Notes under the pieces: model-generated
Told to the model about the DNA's origin: nothing
Databases searched by the model: none
What the model saw: the letters and a program-made list of their open reading frames with translations, nothing else
Position numbers and translations under genes: made by a program
Origin: Mobula hypostoma
Taxonomy: Eukaryota
DNA length: 64,000 bases
NCBI RefSeq assembly: GCF_963921235.1
Contig: NC_086101.1
Coordinates: 6,822,001 to 6,886,000 of the forward strand
Direction: 5' to 3'
Part shown: positions 60,841 to 64,000 of the stretch, one piece after another
Layout of the letters: each line of letters starts with the position of its first letter
Numbering within the stretch: the stretch's first letter is position 1

Positions 60841-61524
60841 TCTCTCATCTCCCCTCGGTCTTCTACCTTACAAGGAATATAGTCCTAATGTGTTCAATCT
60901 TTCCTTATAAATCAGGTCCTCCAGTCCAAGCAACATCCCTGTAAATGTTCTCTGTTCTCTTTCATCCTTATTTACATCTTTCCTGTAGGTAGGTGATCAA
61001 AACTGCACACAATATCCCAGATTAGACCTCACCAACATCTCATACAACTTCAGAATAAGATCCCGTCTCCTGCACTCAATACTTTCATTTATGAAGGGCA
61101 ATGTGTCAAAGCTTTATTTTATGAGCCTAAACAAGAGAAAATCTGCAGATAATGGAAATCCAAGCAACATACACAAAATGTTGGAGGAACTCAGCAGGTC
61201 AGACAGCATCTATGGACATGAATAAACAGTCGATGTTTCAGGCTGAGATTTTGTGTGTGTTGTTTTGGAGTTCGAGTATCGGCACTCTTTCTTGTCATTA
61301 TGATTTGGATCACTCTGAACAGTTCTGGTTACGTATCTATGGGAAGGATGTCATTAAACTGAGAGAGTATAAAACAGATTTACAACGATATTACTGCGAC
61401 TGGAGGGTTCGGGTTATAAGGAGAGGCTGGATATCCTGGAACTTTTTCCTGGAGCTCAGGAGGCTGCCAAAGGAAACCATAGAGGTGGGTACAGTTACAA
61501 CAATTTAAAAGACAACTGGACAGG

Positions 61525-61870
61525 AAAGGCCTCAAAGATCTCGTTTTTTTTTTCCTGGACACCAGAACTAACCAGTTCCCCTCCACCACTACTCTCCTCC
61601 GCTTAGCCGAACTTGTCTTCACTTTCAATAATTTCTCCTTTGGCTCCTCGCACTTCATTTAAACAAATGGTGGAGCCATGGGCACTCTCGTCGGTCCCGG
61701 CTATGCCTGCCTGCTTGTGGGCTACATGAAAACAGTCTCTGTTCCAAGCCCATACTGGTGACTGTCCACATTTTTCCTATGCTACATCGACGACTGCATT
61801 GGTGTTGCTTCCTGTACCCATGCTGAACTCGTCAACCTCATCCATTTTGCCTCCAACTTACACCCTGCTC
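61525..61870 (+). mobile_element. Penelope-like RT fragment (paralogue of 34715..35050)
   Basis: GAMGTLVGPGYACLLVGYM and YIDD (TACATCGACGAC). Confidence 0.85.
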
Positions 61871-62363
61871 TCAGAGCCGTCTCTATTCCCTGAGGAGACT
61901 GAGGTCCTTTAACATCTGCCGGACGATGCTGAGGATGTTCTACGAGTCTGTGGTGGCCAGTGCTATCATGTTTGCTGTTGTGTGCTGGGGAAGCAGGCTG
62001 AGGGTAGCAGACACCAACAGAATCAACAAACTCATTCGTAAGTCCAGTGATGTTGTAGGGATGGAACTGGACTCTCTGGCGGTAGTGTCTGAAAAGAGGA
62101 TGCTGTCCAAGTTGCATGCCATCTTGGACAATGTCTCCTATCCACTACCTAATGTACTGGGTGGGCACAGGAGTACATTCAGCCAGAGACTCATTCCTCC
62201 GAGATGCAACACTGAGCGTCATAGGAAGTCATTCCTGTCTGTGGCCATCAAACTTTACAACACCTCCCTTGGAGGGTCAGACCCCCTGAGCCAATAGGCT
62301 GGTCCTGGCCTTATTTCCTGGCATATTTTACATATTACTTTTTAACTATTTATGGTTTTATTA
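61871..62363 (+). mobile_element. Rex1/Babar LINE 3' fragment
   Basis: MLRMFYESVVASAIMFAVVCWG...HPL-like YPL...RCNTERHRKSFLSVAIKLYN, open for 123 aa. Confidence 0.85.
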
Positions 62364-63149
62364 CGGAGCTAGAGGCGTCTGAGGATCGGAAGAGTGTGAG
62401 ATACACCGGGACCTGGAGGAATGCCCTTGACACCGGGAAGAGGTTCACATACTGGCCTTGTGTGCTGGGATCGGAGGGATTCACATCGGGGAGACATTAC
62501 TGGCAGGTGGAGGTGACAGGGAACCGGCGCTGGGGTCTGGGAGTCGCCGCAGCGCCTGTGGAGAGGAAGGGAAAGTTCACAGTGAGTCCGAGGACCGGAT
62601 TCTGGACCATCTGGCGGTTTAATGACGAGATGTAGGTTTACACCTCCCCTGAATCCCGTCTCCCTGCCGGTCCCATCCCCGGGAGGGTGGGAGTTTATCT
62701 CAGTTACGAGTCCGGGACAGTTTCATTTTAGAACCCGGAGACCAAGTCCCATCTCCAAACCTTCACGGGGAATAAATTCACGGGGAAACCTTGTCCTTTG
62801 TTATGGACTGTATATACAGACGAACAGCTGAGAATCTGCTCCGGTTCTGCTCTGGGTCTGTAAATGGGTTGGGTCACGGGACCGGCGTCAGGAGTAAGTC
62901 AGTGCAAATATAAATGTGCGGAGAGTGAAATAAACACCATGTGAGAATTATCGATCCATTAATTTTAATTCTTTCACTGCATCCGACAACGGAACAGAAA
63001 CGCCGCGGATTCAGCAGCAACCACGGGTGGCGGGACCTGAGCTCCCCGGCTCCCCCGGGTCCTAAAGTCCACCCGCACAAATACAGGGTAAGTGGGACAA
63101 GTGGTGGTTACCCACAAAGCACCGGTGTCCCCCAGAGGGTCAGGTAACA

Positions 63150-63535
63150 TCTATGGAGGGAAATGGGCAGGTGATGGGCAGATCAAGGTGAGGGAGAGAT
63201 AGGCAGACGAAGGAGGGGTGGAGTGTGGAAATGTGTCAGATACTGGGAGGTGAGAGGTGTCAGTGACAAAGGGCTGAAGAATTTGGAATCTGACAGGAGG
63301 GGAAAGTGGAGCCTGGAGTAAAGGGAGGGACGTGGGGAGGAGTGTGTGGGTGATGGGCAGATGGAAAGAGTGGGGGGGGGAGGGGAAAGAGAGAGGGTGA
63401 TCGGGCTGGAAAATCAGGAGGAGAGAGACAATTAAAAAGGAAAAGTGACAGAGAGGGAGGGACCACCGAACGTTTGAGAATTCAATGCCGATGTCAATAG
63501 GTTGCAGGCTGCCCAGGCAGAACATGAGGAGCTGT
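63150..63535 (-). mobile_element. Penelope-like element 3' end
   Basis: FCLGSLQPIDIGIEFSN followed by a pyrimidine-rich tract, as at 35900..36150. Confidence 0.7.
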
Positions 63536-64000
63536 TACGAGACAAATACTGTAGAGCCGAGATCGGTGTTCATTCCGTCCCTAGAAGTGGTTCTGTTCCT
63601 CGTCACAGAGACGTACACCAGGGGAACAGGCCCTTCAGCCGAGCAACTCCATCTCCACCACCGACCACCCATTTTACTCTCCCCATCGTCCCATCAATTC
63701 CCCTCAGGTATATTGGTGAGTTATCCAACAGTGGCCAGGGACAGACTCCCCACATCTTTGAGATGAGGGAGGCAGTCTGAGCCGGAAGTGTCAGGATAGA
63801 ACGTGGGGCAGTGACTCTACCAACTGCGCCATCGAGCCGATCACCCTCTCACCTACTGGCTGAACCTGAGGTGATCGGTGAGACAGACCCCATCCGAGCA
63901 ACAGAGTCTCGATTTCCAGCATATCTTGTCTTTATGATTCTAATTTAAATTATAAACACAGGAGATTCTGCAGAAGCTGGAAACCCAGAGCAAAATGCTG

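Larger units (their letters stand above)
54528..62863 (+). pseudogene. Truncated TRIM paralogue: exon 4 (54528..54549), exon 5 (54646..54764), partial PRY-SPRY exon (62364..62863)
   Basis: Exons 1-3 not found; exon 4 is 22 nt; TAG stops at 54662, 62633 and 62729; last-exon acceptor and first codons deleted. Confidence 0.92.

Overview
Eukaryotic, repeat-rich genomic DNA. The repeat families and gene types point to a cartilaginous fish, probably a ray (inference). Host genes: (1) an intact two-exon class A GPCR of the GPR139-like type, join(2715..2784,4071..4972), 323 aa, whose first exon is absent from the ORF track; (2) a six-exon RING/B-box/coiled-coil/PRY-SPRY TRIM gene (28736..37256) with a single 1-nt deficit in exon 2; (3) a 5'-truncated, multiply disabled duplicate of that TRIM (54528..62863). 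Most of the rest is transposon sequence: two near full-length CR1 LINEs with zinc-finger/SGNH-esterase ORF1, many CR1 and Rex1/Babar-like fragments, an RTE fragment, Penelope-like (RT + GIY-YIG) fragments, a Tc1 relic, tRNA-derived SINEs, an LTR-like segment and minisatellites. Most notable observations: a 134-bp insertion flanked by an 11-bp target-site duplication that carries a minimal hammerhead ribozyme core and belongs to a family of short Penelope-derived elements scattered across the window; a CR1 whose 5' UTR is built of tandem ~153-bp promoter-like monomers; loop-focused divergence between the two PRY-SPRY domains; and an atypical orphan GPCR beside a birth-and-death TRIM cluster. 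Everything was read by eye. Boundaries of degraded repeats are approximate, and family names come from recalled motifs, not database searches.
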